DNA of 61,643 bases, the filler included, from Hyphochytrium catenoides (taxonomy: Eukaryota; Protista; Hyphochytriomycota), in assembly GCA_900088475.1 (NCBI GenBank). It is 12 parts of 12 records of this genome, joined end to end, with 100 filler letters (N's around TTAATTAATTAA, not from the genome) between each part and the next. Parts side by side here need not be neighbours in the genome. Positions count along the whole stretch, not along the records: positions 1 to 16,750 come from FLMG01000310.1; 11 more parts are not named here. The stretch is one strand, 5' to 3'. A program made the translations under genes and the position numbers. Numbering within the stretch: position 1 is the first letter of the stretch; every line of letters begins with the position of its first letter. Below the pieces are notes generated by a model, which was not told where the DNA came from, ran no database searches, and was given only the letters and a program-made list of their open reading frames with translations. Below are positions 1 through 13,198 of this stretch, piece after piece.

Positions 1-1289
1 TGAGAATCCCCATTGGACCAAGTTGCCAACGGTCTCGCCCGCAATGTCGAGTACCTCTGAGAACAGAGACATCCGAGAGGCACGAAGTCTTCAGCTGCCC
101 TTCTTCTAAGGCGGACAATTGTTTAGTGCTACACTTTGCCAAGTCAGTGATGATGATGGTGGAGGGTGTGCGCGGCACAGCTAACCGATTAGTTTAAAGT
201 GGACGGGCTCCGCCTCAATCACTTTTTGGTGATGACCAGGCACAAGGCTGGCCGCCAGCGGGTAGAGAAGGGACAAAGCACAGAGGAAGCCAATCAAGTC
301 ACTGTAAAGCAGCCTAGGAACAACTCTGTCGAGCCTTGTGAGACGTTGGTCAGGCTTCTGACATACACCATTTTGATACATAGAGGAGGTTCAGCATCTA
401 CCGAAGAAGCCAGTTCTCAGGCTCTCAAGAGGGAAGGGAGAAGGGAGGCAGCAAGAAGCAGTCAACAAGCCTGCAGGACCCAGGACCCAATACCTCTGTC
501 ACTCTTGAAAAGGACAGGGCGACAGACATGCATTTTATGGGGGATAGTTCTTAGAGTGTTCCCATCTCGTCTTCTACAGTACTTCCTCTTCCTCTTCCTC
601 AACCCGTTGTACTGTCTGTGCGCACATTGTGCGCCTGGAGATGCTGTTCGTACTCGTACAAATAGAGAATGCAATGGGACGCACTTCCGCGGCAGTGAAT
701 ACAACACGTACACGTACAGCAGGTTGGTACGGACGCTACAACATGTACAGACGGCGCAGACTCCTTGCTTTCTGTTCCTAGTGTGTGCCTTTTGGAGCTG
801 TGAACCCAGATCCTTGTCTGCAGACTGCTCCTGAGATTCTGACAGAGATCTAAAGCCTCTACAAGCTTCGACAGGTGCTGACACAAAGATTGAGGAATCT
901 CGTCTCATCATTGCTGTCATACAGGCGATGAGGATCCAGGAGGCTGCAATCCAAACTGGTTTGAAGAAGAGTTTTAATCTTCGTAAGCCAGTGCGATCAA
1001 GTAGAGAACCTACTTGGCTATACAAGGCCAGTTGAGAAGAAAGTCGCACCACTCCTTTTCCATTGGGCGGTGATTATTGGAAGGTTACATGCGCCACTTG
1101 GCTGTCCTGTCTTGTCCCTTGTCGGGTGCGGAGACGACAGGATACTTTTTGGCCTATACCTTCGGAGAACCTTGCTCTTTCATTCATTTACCAGATATTC
1201 CTTTCATTTAGGATGCGGGTTTGACTGTGTGAACGAAGCTAATAGAGATATAGTGCCCTGAGTACGGCCAGGAGGTCCACTCTCGTATA

Positions 1290-3116
1290 ATGATTTCTCC
1301 ACTGCTCTCTTACCCCCTCCTCGGTGGGCTCGCCCTCTTCTTGCTGCTTGTGCTGGCATCTTTGTGCATCCGCATCACCACCTTGATCACCCTTCGGACA
1401 CATCGCCTGCCTCCAAAGGCAGGACCAGGGCTGCGTACTTTCGGCTTTTTGCCTGAGTTCTCTGAGAGTGGTTTTAGCGCCGGTCACGTCTTCAGGCAGA
1501 AAACTCATGACAGGTGAGCCTTAGCGCCAGCTTTTGTATGGCACTTTACTAGAATAGTGACCATGATCGGTCTACTTATGATGGCTTATCGTCAGCAGAT
1601 GTGGGCCTGTCTGGTTAGAACTTCAGCCAGTATGGACGATCCTCGCCTCTGGGTTGACTGATATTCCAGTTATCAACGTCGATCATCCTGAAGTCATTGC
1701 GAGGATCATGGACGAAACCAGAGATGATGCGTCCCTATGCCACGCGTCCATGTTGTACGCCAAGAGCATGTCATCCATGTCCCCCGCGGAGGTGGTTACA
1801 AAATGGCGGCAGATGATGACTCAGGCGCTGAGTCCGGATGAAAATCTCCATACTCTTCTAACTGACAAAGCAAGGCACAGGGTGGAGGCCTTCATCAGAC
1901 ATCTTGCAGCTCTTTCCGAAGCGCCAACTACATTGAAAGAAGGCCAAGGCTTCACTGAAATACCAGTATCCGTAGGACTACAACGCATGTGCTTCGAGGT
2001 CTCGTGTGAAATACTTCTAGGGAATCGAGTTGAGACGCTTGCTAGCGGGCATCCCATGTATAGTGCATGCCGATTGGTCCTAGACTCCTTCCACACCAAA
2101 AGCTTCCCCTGGGCTGCCAGACTCGTCAACGCCGCAACGGAGCTCAAGATGTATCGGGCATCAGAGGCCATTTCGAGCTTTGTAAGGGCAAGTCTTCACC
2201 GAATGCTCTCCCGCAGTGCAGAGAAGGAAGATTGTTTGGCAGCTGCACTGGTTCGTCAAATGTCAGATGAGTACTCCAGACACCTGACTTCCCAAGAAGT
2301 AGACTCTCTTAGGGATATGCTTACAACCTTGCTGGTCAGAGGTGCGTAAGTACCAAGTCTTTATTACTTTGACTGCAAACCTCATGAAATAGCCCAATAG
2401 GCCACCAAATTCTTGCCTCTACCATTGGCTGGAGCCTCCATTGCCTAGCTAACAACAAGAAAGCACAGATGACGTTACGCATGGAACCCAGGATAAGTGT
2501 CAGCTCTTTCGCGCACGACCATGGCCTTGCATATGGATTATCCTGCCTCAAAGAATCCATTCGAATGTACGCCACTGTACCTTCAATAACCCTACTCACC
2601 GCGAAGCCTATGTCGGTCTATCGCGACTTTTTGATACCACCAAGGTCGATAATAAGACTCACCCTCTATTCGTCCTATAAGGTAAGGAAAAGTCACAGGG
2701 TTCTGCTCTAAGACCTTAACCGGAACTGAAAACGGCTTTTATTACGATAGAGCCCGCGATACTGGTCAAGGCCCGAAGAGTTTCGGCCTGAACGACACCT
2801 TGCTGAGCCTTCACAGGTCATTGGGGCGAAGGGTAAGAGGTGGTCCTCTACCTCCTTTAGGATCTTCCTCTAACCAATAGAGGAATCTGCAGGCTTCAAG
2901 CCCCTGATATGTCCCTACTTTGATGCAAGGATATGTCCTCTAGAGCAATTTGCCCAGAACTTCTGCTCAGAAACTGTCAAATCGATCATCGATGAGTTTG
3001 ATATACGGCCCGGTGAAGAAGAACCAGAGACTGTGGACCGAGGAATACTCTGTCCTCGTAACGGCCTCTCACTATATATGCGACCCGCAGAGCTAGATAG
3101 GCCAGACAGGCGTTAA
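1290..3116 (+). CDS. Cytochrome P450-fold protein with atypical motifs; 5 exons (1290-1513, 1599-2341, 2401-2681, 2751-2832, 2881-3116), 521 aa
   Basis: The GT-AG exons join in frame (1566 nt). The protein has an N-terminal TM anchor plus Pro-rich hinge (LPPKAGPG), an I-helix-like LLVRGHQILASTIGW, ExxR (KESIR), a PER motif (PEEFRPERH) and a Cys pocket PYFDARICPLE. Confidence 0.85.
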
Positions 3117-3178
3117 GTTATTTGTTCAATTAGCAGAGAGGTAGGCGATCATGGCTCTTACTCGTCCTCAACATGAGA

Positions 3179-6100
3179 CTATGAGCTCATTGTGGTGCTC
3201 CTTCTGCTACTGGTGGACGAGAAGGACTCCATGATGTCCAAGATGGACTCCAGCTTCTCGCAGTCCCGCTCGAACTCTTTGCCATCCCTTGTCTCCTCCG
3301 CCTTCTTTACCTCAGGATATACAGCGGCTGCATTTCGCTCAGCTACACCGGAAGGAGTGAATATTAGCGAAGCCATAGAGGCTAGGTAGTGCCTAATTGC
3401 AGGCACCACTACCTTTGGATGCAGCGATTTGGGCGCCGTTCTCTCGATCCTGACTGTCCACTGCTGCTTCCGCTAGTGGGGAAGTTTTATAAGTGAGCGG
3501 CAAGCACTGACAGTTGCCAGGCTTGCTGTCATTACATCTACCTGTCAAGTGCTCTATCTTCAGCTCCAGCTCCTATTGAGAGAGAGGCCAGGTGGAAAGA
3601 AGCTTAGGCTCAGGAATATAGTCGCGATGCGTTAGCGCTTATGTTGGGTCTACCTGCACGAATAATTTATGCTGCTGTCGATTATCTTCCTCGAAATTTT
3701 GGATCCGACTGTGCGCTGCGATAGATCTTTCTGCCGCATTACGGACAGCAGCATCTACGGATTCTCTTAGAGAGACTAACTCTTGCTCTAATCCCTCCTC
3801 GGCCTGCAACAGTAAACAATTAAAAGTACGACAAGGTTCCCTCTGAGAAGTGCAAACATACCAGCTTCTTTTGTGCGAGGAGGTGTTCAAGCCGCGTTAT
3901 GGCTTCAAGACTCCTCTGATCCCCAGATTCCTCTTCGCTGCTGCATTTCAGGTGCTTCATCGCCTTCAAGCACAGCGTTGACGTCATTGGATCGTGATTA
4001 TGGTCGAATCGCTACGCAGTTATACATACCACTCCAAGGATATCCTCCGCAGCACTAAGAAGATCGTATCTCCCCTTGGTGGCCAGAACTGCCTTGGTGT
4101 TAGCCCTCTCCCTAGAAGCTTCTAGTTCACTGGTTTGCAGCTTTAAAGTGACGTTCACGAGCTGTACAAGCACTTTAGCCTTGTTCAAGGTACTAGCAAG
4201 ATCGAAGCGCATACCTCTTCTAAGAATAGCTTTTCCTTATTGGGGCGGTGTACCAGTGTCTGAGCCCAGAAACTCCCCATGTCTGTGTCCCTTGGAAGTT
4301 CCCACGTGGTCGCTTTCCCTTGAGATCTTGCCAATAGCTTGTTCTCTTCCTGCAGCTTCTTCACCTTTTTTCCAGAAGAACAGCTAAATAGCCTGAACTA
4401 ACGGGCGGGTAAGGGTGCAAGAAGCACGTGGTGGGGTCGTACCAGGGAGGTTAGGGCGTGGATCTCTCCGAGATGGCTTTCCTTTTCCTTTCGGATCGCC
4501 TCATCGTCCACTCTATCCAGCTTCCTTCTCAATGAGTTAACCTCCAGAACCATCTGCGTCACCTACAGGCGCGGCAAGTACCGCGAGTGAGTAGGCTAGA
4601 ACTCACTTCGGTTGTGGAGCAGGTCACCTCTAAGGACTTTGCTATGGATTCCTGCTTCTTGACCACCTCAAGCTCGGCTCGCAGTTCATCCACAAGCTTC
4701 ACTTCTTCTGGTGTCGATGGCAGAGCCATTCCTGAATTGGAGGACCCCAAAGTCAGCCAGCATATCGTTCCTCACCAGGGGATCCAAAGGGCAGAGCGAC
4801 CCGTGAGTAGTTTCACCTACCACGAGAGAGCTAGAGGGAGAGAGGGCACGAGAAAGAGAGAGAAGATCACACTTACCTCCCTCAGGCCGCTTCTGACTTA
4901 ACTTCTTTAGCTAAATAAAAAACTAAAAGTCAGTCATATCAAGGAGTAGTTTCTTAAATGTGTGAATGAGCTCGATACCTGGCCCTCTCTCAACTTTACG
5001 AAGAGCGCCTTAGACTGGATAAGATCATCTTTCTTCCTTGATAGATCACGCAAACTAAAAGGCCAATCCATTGTCACTATCACTACTTCCCAAAAACTAC
5101 ACTAAGACACTCCATTCTCACCCTTCGTTCTCAGCTTTCAAGTGCTTTATGGTGTCTTCCAGCTCTGAGTTTCTCTGCCAAGCCTGAAAGTAAGATGTTG
5201 CACTCGCGTTAGTGAAGGCACCAAAGATATACAGAGAGATACTGGAAAGGACAAAGACAGAGAGCGCGCGTGTGTGTGTGTGACGGAGATAGGAACACAG
5301 AGAGAGAGACTGACGAACGCACGACAGCAAAATGAAGCCCGATGGAGATGGAGAAGACGATCGAAGGACGAACAAAAGAGAGAGGCCGAGAGAGAATGAG
5401 AGAGAGCCATAGTTAGAGAAGCAGAAAGAGGGCTCATTTGTCCAAATGAGTGCAGGTAAAAGAGAAACAGAGGAGGGGCGACCAAGGTAAGAAGCAATGT
5501 CCGACCAGTCGAAGTGCCGTCTCCATTTCTGGGCTAGCCGTTGTTCCCTCCTTCTGCATTATGCCACTGGACGTAGTAGCGCTGCTTGTACCTAAGGAAG
5601 CCCAACCGTAACTCGACTGAAGCCTATGAAAGCGAAGGCATCGCCAGCTGACCTGGAGCACTGGAGTCCTTGGCGTCTCGCCCTTCATACATCGTCAACT
5701 TCTCTTTCAATCTCTTTACCTCCAGCTGCAAAGCTGTAACAGGATCCATGGCCCCTTCGTTGACCACGGCTTTATTCTGCCATACCGATATAAGACACTT
5801 CAAGCAGTTCCTATATCTTTCACCCAGGCTACTTATTTAGTCTGTTCATTTACCTTAATGTTCTTGGCTCGTTGGACAAACTTCAGAGTGGATAAGGTCT
5901 CATTAAACCATCTGCGGGCAGAGAGAAAGTTCGAGATGAGTGCCCAGCTTCGTATAGATCTAATGAGCTCAGTGGGGTGGACCTACTTGTCATCTGGGGA
6001 GATAGTTGCAATCATCGTAGTTTTCGAGTTGCCTCCTAACGAATTCTTCAAAAGGAAGGTCAACTTTGAGTCCCGGTAGTGGACATGCCGCTGAAGACCT

Positions 6101-8530
6101 TGGCTTGTGTCCACCAGGGCCATGATTACATTTCCCAGAGCTGAAAGCGACTTGTTGATACTGGCAGCCTAAGAAGGGCAAGCCGCGATCAAGGTTAGTG
6201 GACAAACGGGCTAGTGGCTGCTGGCAAACTCTCACCTCCTTTAGCCTTTCACCCGTAGCGCCAGTATGGGTCTGGCGCTCAGATCCAGCAAGATCGACCA
6301 GATGAAGTTGTGAGCGATAGACTATCTCCATGCCTTCCTACATAGGAGAACAAGAGCAGGTTTATAACGGAGTGAGTATATTAGATACGTTCCCACTGCA
6401 TACCTCCATCGCTGTGAGCCCAATGTTTATGGTGAAGACAGAGTGGGAGCGAGAACTCTCTCTGTTCATGCAGGTCGACCCCACACTGCGATTCGTCATC
6501 CCTATTTTCAGCCATTCCGATGCTTGCGCTGCATTGAGAATTCTCTCTTCGCGAATGCCCTGTGAAGTTCGTCATTAGTGCTTCTCCTACAAAGTGGTCG
6601 CATGAGCTCTATAAGGAACAAGACCTGTACGTATACACCTCTGTTGACGTCTTCACGCAAGCTCTTGTTCTCGGCATTGTTGTCCAAGAGGTCGAAGATC
6701 TGCTCATTGTAAATTTCCAAGAAGGAGCAGGTGCATTCAACCTTGCTACCTGCCTAGTGGTCACAATATCACTGGGAGGCGGGATAACCTAGCGCCTGGC
6801 AGAGCTTACCTGCTTTAGCTCGTCTGCCCGCTGGAAGAGGTACTCCAATACGCGAGGAATTAGCCCCCGATGCTCAATCTCATCAATCCCTGCACCCTCA
6901 GCCCCCTGAATGTAATTGAAAGGGTAATTAATCAGCTATTTCCCGCATTAGAAGCAACACAGTGAGTTGGGTACGAACCTGCATTGTGTACGTTTTGCCA
7001 CTACCAGTCTGTCCGTAAGCGAAGATGCAGCCGTTGTACCCTTCTATCGCGCTCTCCACAATGGGACGGCCAACGCATATAAAGATATCATTCTGTGTCA
7101 CCTGCTCACTGAATACTTTGTCAAAGGTAAAGGCTTTTTCCTGCTTGGCACTGGCCCCGATGCGGACGTTCCTCTCATCCTTCTACATAAGAAGTCAGCC
7201 GAGGTAGAAAGGGACTGACTGCATTTGCTTGGAGGGCTTCTGCTTACCTCTACGAACACGGTTCGACGGAAATTTTCTTTCTCGTCTTTGAGAGGAGGGC
7301 GAACTCGGACAATCACCCGGACACTCTGATCGTCCGCGAATGGCTCTGCCAAGTTATTGCCCGAGGTTGCCGGCGCATCATCAACGACGATGCCTAAATT
7401 GAGGTTAGACAAGGCAAAAGTAAGTTTTAGGGTGATTCAAACGTTAGCGATAAGGAATGGATCGTGTCAATAGATAGTGAATGAGAAGGAAGAGAAGTGG
7501 AAAGAAGGCAGGAAGTGGTCAAAGGGTTCTCTCACTCTTGTTCAATTTCACGGCCGGATGAGACTCACTGGTACTAGGGCTCGGCAATGCCACCTCTGGA
7601 CGCTCCATGCCATCTGAGCTCACTACGAAGGGCACCCCTTGCCCAGAGTCCTGTAAACGAGGGAGAAGAAGCGCGTGCTTTTCTTCCTTCTCCTTTTGGG
7701 ATGGTGACGGGAGGATGGTGACGCTCGGTACCCCTGTACGGGATGAAGAAACGGGACTGGCTGGGATGATAGGAGGGCGCAGTTCTGACACCCGTGAGAT
7801 ATCCTTTTCTTTTAAGTTACTGGGAGAGTTTGGAACACCGGCTGTTGAGGCTCTTCTGACGCTAGGACTGTTCAGTCTAGGTCCCATCCCTGTCAAGTCC
7901 TTCATTGAGCTTCCTGTCTCCATCAACTTACGTGGCGTTTGGCTGCCGGGGGTTGGAGTACTTCTTGGAGTGGGTTTAGGGCTGGATACTTTGGAAGGCA
8001 AAGCGAGCCTGCTCATGCGCGGTGTTCCTAACCTGTGGCGGACATGTGAGCTTGTGAGCTTGTACAATACAGACATTAATTCTGCAAAGGATAGGTTCGA
8101 CCTTGTGACGGGAGTTTGGGCCTTGATAGTCGCGGCTTGCCCATTGGTGAGATGCTTCAACGACTCCTTGGATCCCATATCGCCGTCCGGGCCGGCGAAG
8201 GAGCCTTTGGATGTTGTGCTGGGATGTACCATCGTGGTGTCAGAAAGAGAATTACTCAGCATGGCACTTTTCCGCAAACTAGGACCGGACCGGTAAAGCA
8301 CAACTGACAACAAAGAGACAAGAGCCTAGTTTGCGTCTGCAAGCCCACATAAGCTTTTCAAGGTAACCCGCGCTAAAGGCTTCTTCAGTCTCCGCCAGCT
8401 CTGCTGCCCCACCTCCTACGTCATAACCATGTCTCTTGCTACCAGAGGAGGACTCACACGGACTCAGCCTAGGAGCTAGGTCGTTTCGCCTCAGGGTCCC
8501 ATCAGATGAGGAGAAGAGCCGTCCATCCAT
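3179..8530 (-). CDS. Kinesin, kinesin-12/KIF15-like; multi-exon, with Ser/Pro-rich N-terminal extension and C-terminal coiled coil
   Basis: Motor motifs lie in successive exons: [94 protein letters not shown]. The start codon is approximate. Confidence 0.9.
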
Positions 8531-9146
8531 CGAGCTCGCTCCAGGGAGCAAGTGATGATGGATTGTAACTCCTTTTCTTCGTCCCCTCGATTCGATCCGG
8601 AACTTGTACCGCCCTGTTCCTGATATGAGTTGCCTCTATGATAGTATTCATGATCACAGATCAAGTGGTCATCAGAACCTCTTTTTATAAGCAACAAAAG
8701 ATCGGGTTACTGGGGATTACTTAGACCTGAAGATGGCTCGATAGAGCAGAGGCTCCCTAGTGGCTCCTCCCAAGGGTTGGCGGAAGGCTCCAGAATGACA
8801 GGCAGGCCTTCCAGTGTTTGCCCTCCTATGGCCCAGCAACCCTTCGGAGCTTGGAAAATCCCACTTTGTATTAGGTCGCCAGCTTCTTGCCCTCTTGACC
8901 AGTTGTTATAAAGTTAGAAAGGAATGTGCGAAAACCTGATTCTTAATACAGACATTTAACATATAATAGCAAGCACTACTTGTGGGGAGCTTCTTACGGA
9001 CATCCTCGTACGCGGAACTAGCCATTCGCGCATCTTGCTATCAAAACGTGACTCACCCGAGGGCTGCAGTAAGATCTACGAGGAGCCCACAAGGTTGGCA
9101 GTATAACTGCCCCGTGATACTGTCCAATAAATAAAGACTAGGATAC

Positions 9147-10322
9147 CTAGTTGGCAGCAGCAGCTCTGAAACGCCGACCACCTACCACTAGCTGGAAGGG
9201 CAGGAGGAGTCTGCTGTACCAGGAGGTCGAGTATACTTTCCGGGCTACTTCAGATGTCTCTGCAACGAAAGAGGAGCTGTTAACAGAAACATTCAGAATG
9301 TTCTTTACTTCCTCACAGCATCCCTCTTTCTGAGTCAGCGGTACGCCTTCTTCCATATCCAGATGCGAACATTTCTCTGTCTGCACTGGCTTAACGGAGT
9401 AGAGATAAACTCCCACAGCGATGACCGGCGCGGCAATTACCACTCCAACATCCAAGTTGATCCCAAAGAGGAGGAACTGAAAGATTGGGAGTAGTACTAG
9501 CTCTAGAGAGCTTCCTATGACCTTGACCACTGAGTCCAGGTGCTTGAGAAGGAGACTCGTCACTATGCCCACCGTGGACATAATCAGGACCAACGGCAGA
9601 ACATACGGAGAAAGTAAAGGCAAGAATGACTCTGCCGTGAGAATCCCAACGCCGCCTTGGCGTATCATGAGGACCAAGCTGTTGATGAAGATGGAGTTGC
9701 CGTACATAAAGATATTCTGCAAGTTGAAGGGGCAGTCCACCTTCTTCAGGAGCGCTTCGGTGTACACAGATCCGAAGGCAGTCGCTAAAATTTGCGCGGA
9801 GAGCAGTACGTAGCCTAGATAAGAGGATCTGCTTTCCTCGGAACTGCTTAATGTTTTGCCGCCCTCCTTAATGATGCAGCCAATAGTGATTATTAGCAGT
9901 GCATACCACTGCCTTTTAGTCAACATCTTCCGGAACATCCATTGAAAAAGAACTCCGATCACCACCAACCTGAACTGCAATAGCATAGAGTAGGTTGCGG
10001 GGTCCATTAGAGACGTGTTGATGTAAGCCAAATTGTCATAGATTGCATACACCAGCGCAGGCACGATGTATCCAAGTCCTACTTTCATGTTTCCTCCGAT
10101 GTCCCTTCTCAAGGACTTCAGGTCACCGTCTTGTTGGAGGTACATCACCGTGGCTGAGATCAGCTTCAGCATGTTCGTAACAGTCACTGCAGCAGTAAAG
10201 TTGAATTCCACTCTTTGTACTTGAGTGGCATTGTAGGCCAGGAGCCCAAAGGCTATCCATAGAGTCAAATATGATCCGAAAAGGAGCTGCTTAGGCGCTG
10301 AGTCCAAGCCTAACAGAGCCAT
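9147..10322 (-). CDS. Nucleotide-sugar transporter, SLC35A (CMP-Sia/UDP-Gal) family; intronless, 391 aa
   Basis: About 10 hydrophobic segments, with family-like motifs VPALVYAIYDNL, DPATYSMLLQFRLV, QWYALLII, VYTEALLK, LQNIFMY and LLKHLDSVVK. Confidence 0.9.
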   Translation of the reverse strand: MALLGLDSAPKQLLFGSYLTLWIAFGLLAYNATQVQRVEFNFTAAVTVTNMLKLISATVMYLQQDGDLKSLRRDIGGNMKVGLGYIVPALVYAIYDNLAYINTSLMDPATYSMLLQFRLVVIGVLFQWMFRKMLTKRQWYALLIITIGCIIKEGGKTLSSSEESRSSYLGYVLLSAQILATAFGSVYTEALLKKVDCPFNLQNIFMYGNSIFINSLVLMIRQGGVGILTAESFLPLLSPYVLPLVLIMSTVGIVTSLLLKHLDSVVKVIGSSLELVLLPIFQFLLFGINLDVGVVIAAPVIAVGVYLYSVKPVQTEKCSHLDMEEGVPLTQKEGCCEEVKNILNVSVNSSSFVAETSEVARKVYSTSWYSRLLLPFQLVVGGRRFRAAAAN

Positions 10323-11849
10323 ACTACCTAAGCCCTATCTATCACTGTCAACGGGAAGCAGCGTTGATCAGGATACTGAAGCGAAGACTTTGAACCGGGT
10401 GCCTCGTACGAGACGTCAGAGGCTCCTGACTTCCGAGCTTGTTGCCACTTTAGTGCTATATGATCAGTGCTCTCTTAGATTCTTCACGGCCTTCACAGAT
10501 CTGCTAAACTGAAGCTTTTGAGCATTGAGAAGCGCTGATGACATCTGATTCAGCTAAGAAACGTAGAACTATGCCGTCTAATAATGCTTGTGGCACTGTA
10601 GGAGTAAGGAGGAGGAGAGCCAGCATCAGAAGTGTGCCACCTGACTGAGGGCCCATGGATCAGCCCCTTGCCTGAATTTCCTAGTTCTTCCATCGCCTGA
10701 TAGTTATACAGGGAGTGGCGTGGCGGTTCAGACGAGGAGGTGGTCATCAGACAGATCACTACTGTACAGTAGCATCAAGAAGACGATTGTCTTTCTCTTA
10801 GTTGCCGATTGTTTGAGGCTCGTGGGGTTTCTATGAGGTATGTGTCAAGGAGCAAAAGCCTAAGTGGAAGCGTAGAGTGGGTTTGGGCTTGGACATTGTG
10901 TTTGCCTGAGAACACAGTTTCCCCAAAAGTGCAACCCTCAATCATGGAGGCTCGACACCACAACCGCCTTTTCTCCCTTCTTGTCCCCTCAAACTTGTGG
11001 CAACCTAAATTGCCTATAACTTTCTATATTATTGCTTCTCGCACCCCATAGTTAGCGCTATCACCATAGAAATCAAGGTTTCCAACCTTTTTGATTCTTT
11101 CTAACAATAACAACAATAAAAATTGTAATAATGACATAAAATGACTCGTATAGCTTGTTCTTTTGTACCTACAAGACCTAAAGTCTGGGCCTGTTCTAAA
11201 TCCTCTCCTAGAACCTACAGTGAAGCACTATCCTTGAATTTGCGATAAATCATCAGTCAGGTCATCAGCCATGGTCTCACGGTTGCGCTTTTATCCATCC
11301 AGTGGGACAAGGGTTGGGCCGCGCGTCACCACTGCAGGTATCCCTATGGTTATTAGTTAGGCTAGTGGACGAGGGCCGTACGCTTGTTTACCCAAACGGG
11401 TGGTCTTTTACTGCCCACAGGACATATCTGACCAAAGAGTTTCGTACACCTTGTCAACGGATGACACTCCCCTCAACCTGGGCTATAGTTCTCAATACAT
11501 AATAGTAGCAGGACAAGCACTCACAAATAGAACTCTGTCCACTCGTCATCAAGCTGTTGGCCTGCGGCTGGAAGCTCTTACGAGTAGTAGAGCTCAGACT
11601 AAGTGATGCCTGTACAGTAGTTGCCGGGGGAGGGGGGAGGCCTGCTGGCCGAACTTATGCCAAGGCTCACCTCCACTTCATACTTCTAAAAACACTGTAC
11701 TGTTGATGAAGGCTTCACGGTTGCAATGGTGTTACGGTGCAGTCACCTTACTACGTGGTGATCAACGATGAAGGAATGTCATGTTGTTGATATCTCCCTC
11801 CCTATATTCCTTTCTTCAAAACCTGCGGGCTTCCTCCATAGACCAGCTC

Positions 11850-11893
11850 CTAGGCTTTATATAATGCCAGGCTAGGCTTTATATAATGCCAGG
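11850..11893. repeat. Perfect 22-bp tandem duplication (ctaggctttatataatgccagg)x2
   Basis: Seen directly in the sequence. Confidence 0.9.
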
Positions 11894-13198
11894 CAGGAGG
11901 AGCAGACGTCTGACTTCAGGGTCAGAACTATTCTAACACACATGAAAGAGTTTTGAAAAGGGCTTGGTTGTTTACCTCATGTGCCTCCCGCGGCGCAATG
12001 CTATTATAGTGGCGGAGACTCAAGAATGCCACTGGTCGTAGCGGAAAGCGTAAAACTGGCAATCTCAAGAGCTTGACATCGGTGCGGCATGATAGCTTTT
12101 CTCTCTCATCCAGTGCTTTTTCTGATTAAACAAGCCAGAATGGAAGTCACCCTGTCGCCATCCGTTTCTTGATGTCGCGGAAGGGCCTCGGCTGCAGGGT
12201 ACTTCTCACTATCTTTCCTGTTCACCCAAAAACAAATCGACTGGAAGGTACTTCATCGCGGAAGTGCCCATACCGTCCTCACGTGAAAGTCGTTCTGCTA
12301 TACTAGGGGATCCCCAGAACCGGCAACCATGGCTGCCAAGTGGGGCCAAGTGGTAGAGGGTAGCGTTCATAGCTAGCATGAGCATGGCGATGTTGCTAGC
12401 TTTGCCCATAACTGGATGGGATGATGGTTTTAGATGCTGCCGTTTCTGGGTACTTCTAACTGTTCCTGGCAGGATTGTGCTCATTTAGAGTGTCCTTAGT
12501 AGCAGGATACAAGGGAATCGCAATGCCATAACCGATTGTTGTTAGGCGGCGTCACATCATGACTGCTGCGCTGAATGAAGAAAGAGCTTGAAGGGACGCC
12601 ACCCTGATGAGACCGACATCTTGTCATTGTAGGTGGGGATAGAATGCCTCCAAGAATTTCAACACGACCTATAACAGCTACATAAGAAGAAGCGTAGTAG
12701 AATACATTCGAAGTAGAGGTTCTGCTACCGCCGGAGCGAAGTACTTCCTCCTCCTCCTCATCAAATGATAACCATTATGCGCTGCTCTGTAGGAGGAAGG
12801 TTACACGTTGTGCCTCCTACAATTCAGCCCTGTTAAGAAGGCCCGGCCTGTACTAGCACCAGAACAGCTATGTGCTCTCTGTCTGCCAAACTCTATCTCC
12901 AGAGGCTGGTTGTGAATAAATTAGAGAAAAGTGAAATTTAGAACTGGCAAACTTATCTATCCGTGAGAATCAATAACATGATGAGTGAAGTCGTCGATTA
13001 GAAGATTTCTTACAATGAAGAAGCAAGCGGCATGAATGACAGGGACAGATAAATAGCGTTTATTTTTTATGGATGTACCGACAGGTTGGGTTCTCTGCAC
13101 ATCTGTTGTGCGTTCGATGAATGCTACTGTTTCGTAAAGATACTGCTGAATCCTGGGTAGTGCCCTAGTAGGATGTGGTCAGGACTGAAGATTTTTGT

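Noticed and set aside
199-1052. Overlapping ORFs 199-834 (+) and 462-1052 (-), and possible TGA read-through at 832-834
   Set aside because: No recognisable domain. The conserved genes here splice into open frames under the standard code, so there is no evidence for recoding.
12604-12650. CTGATGAG as a hammerhead ribozyme core (also at ~16506)
   Set aside because: No stem II or downstream GAAA to complete the fold.
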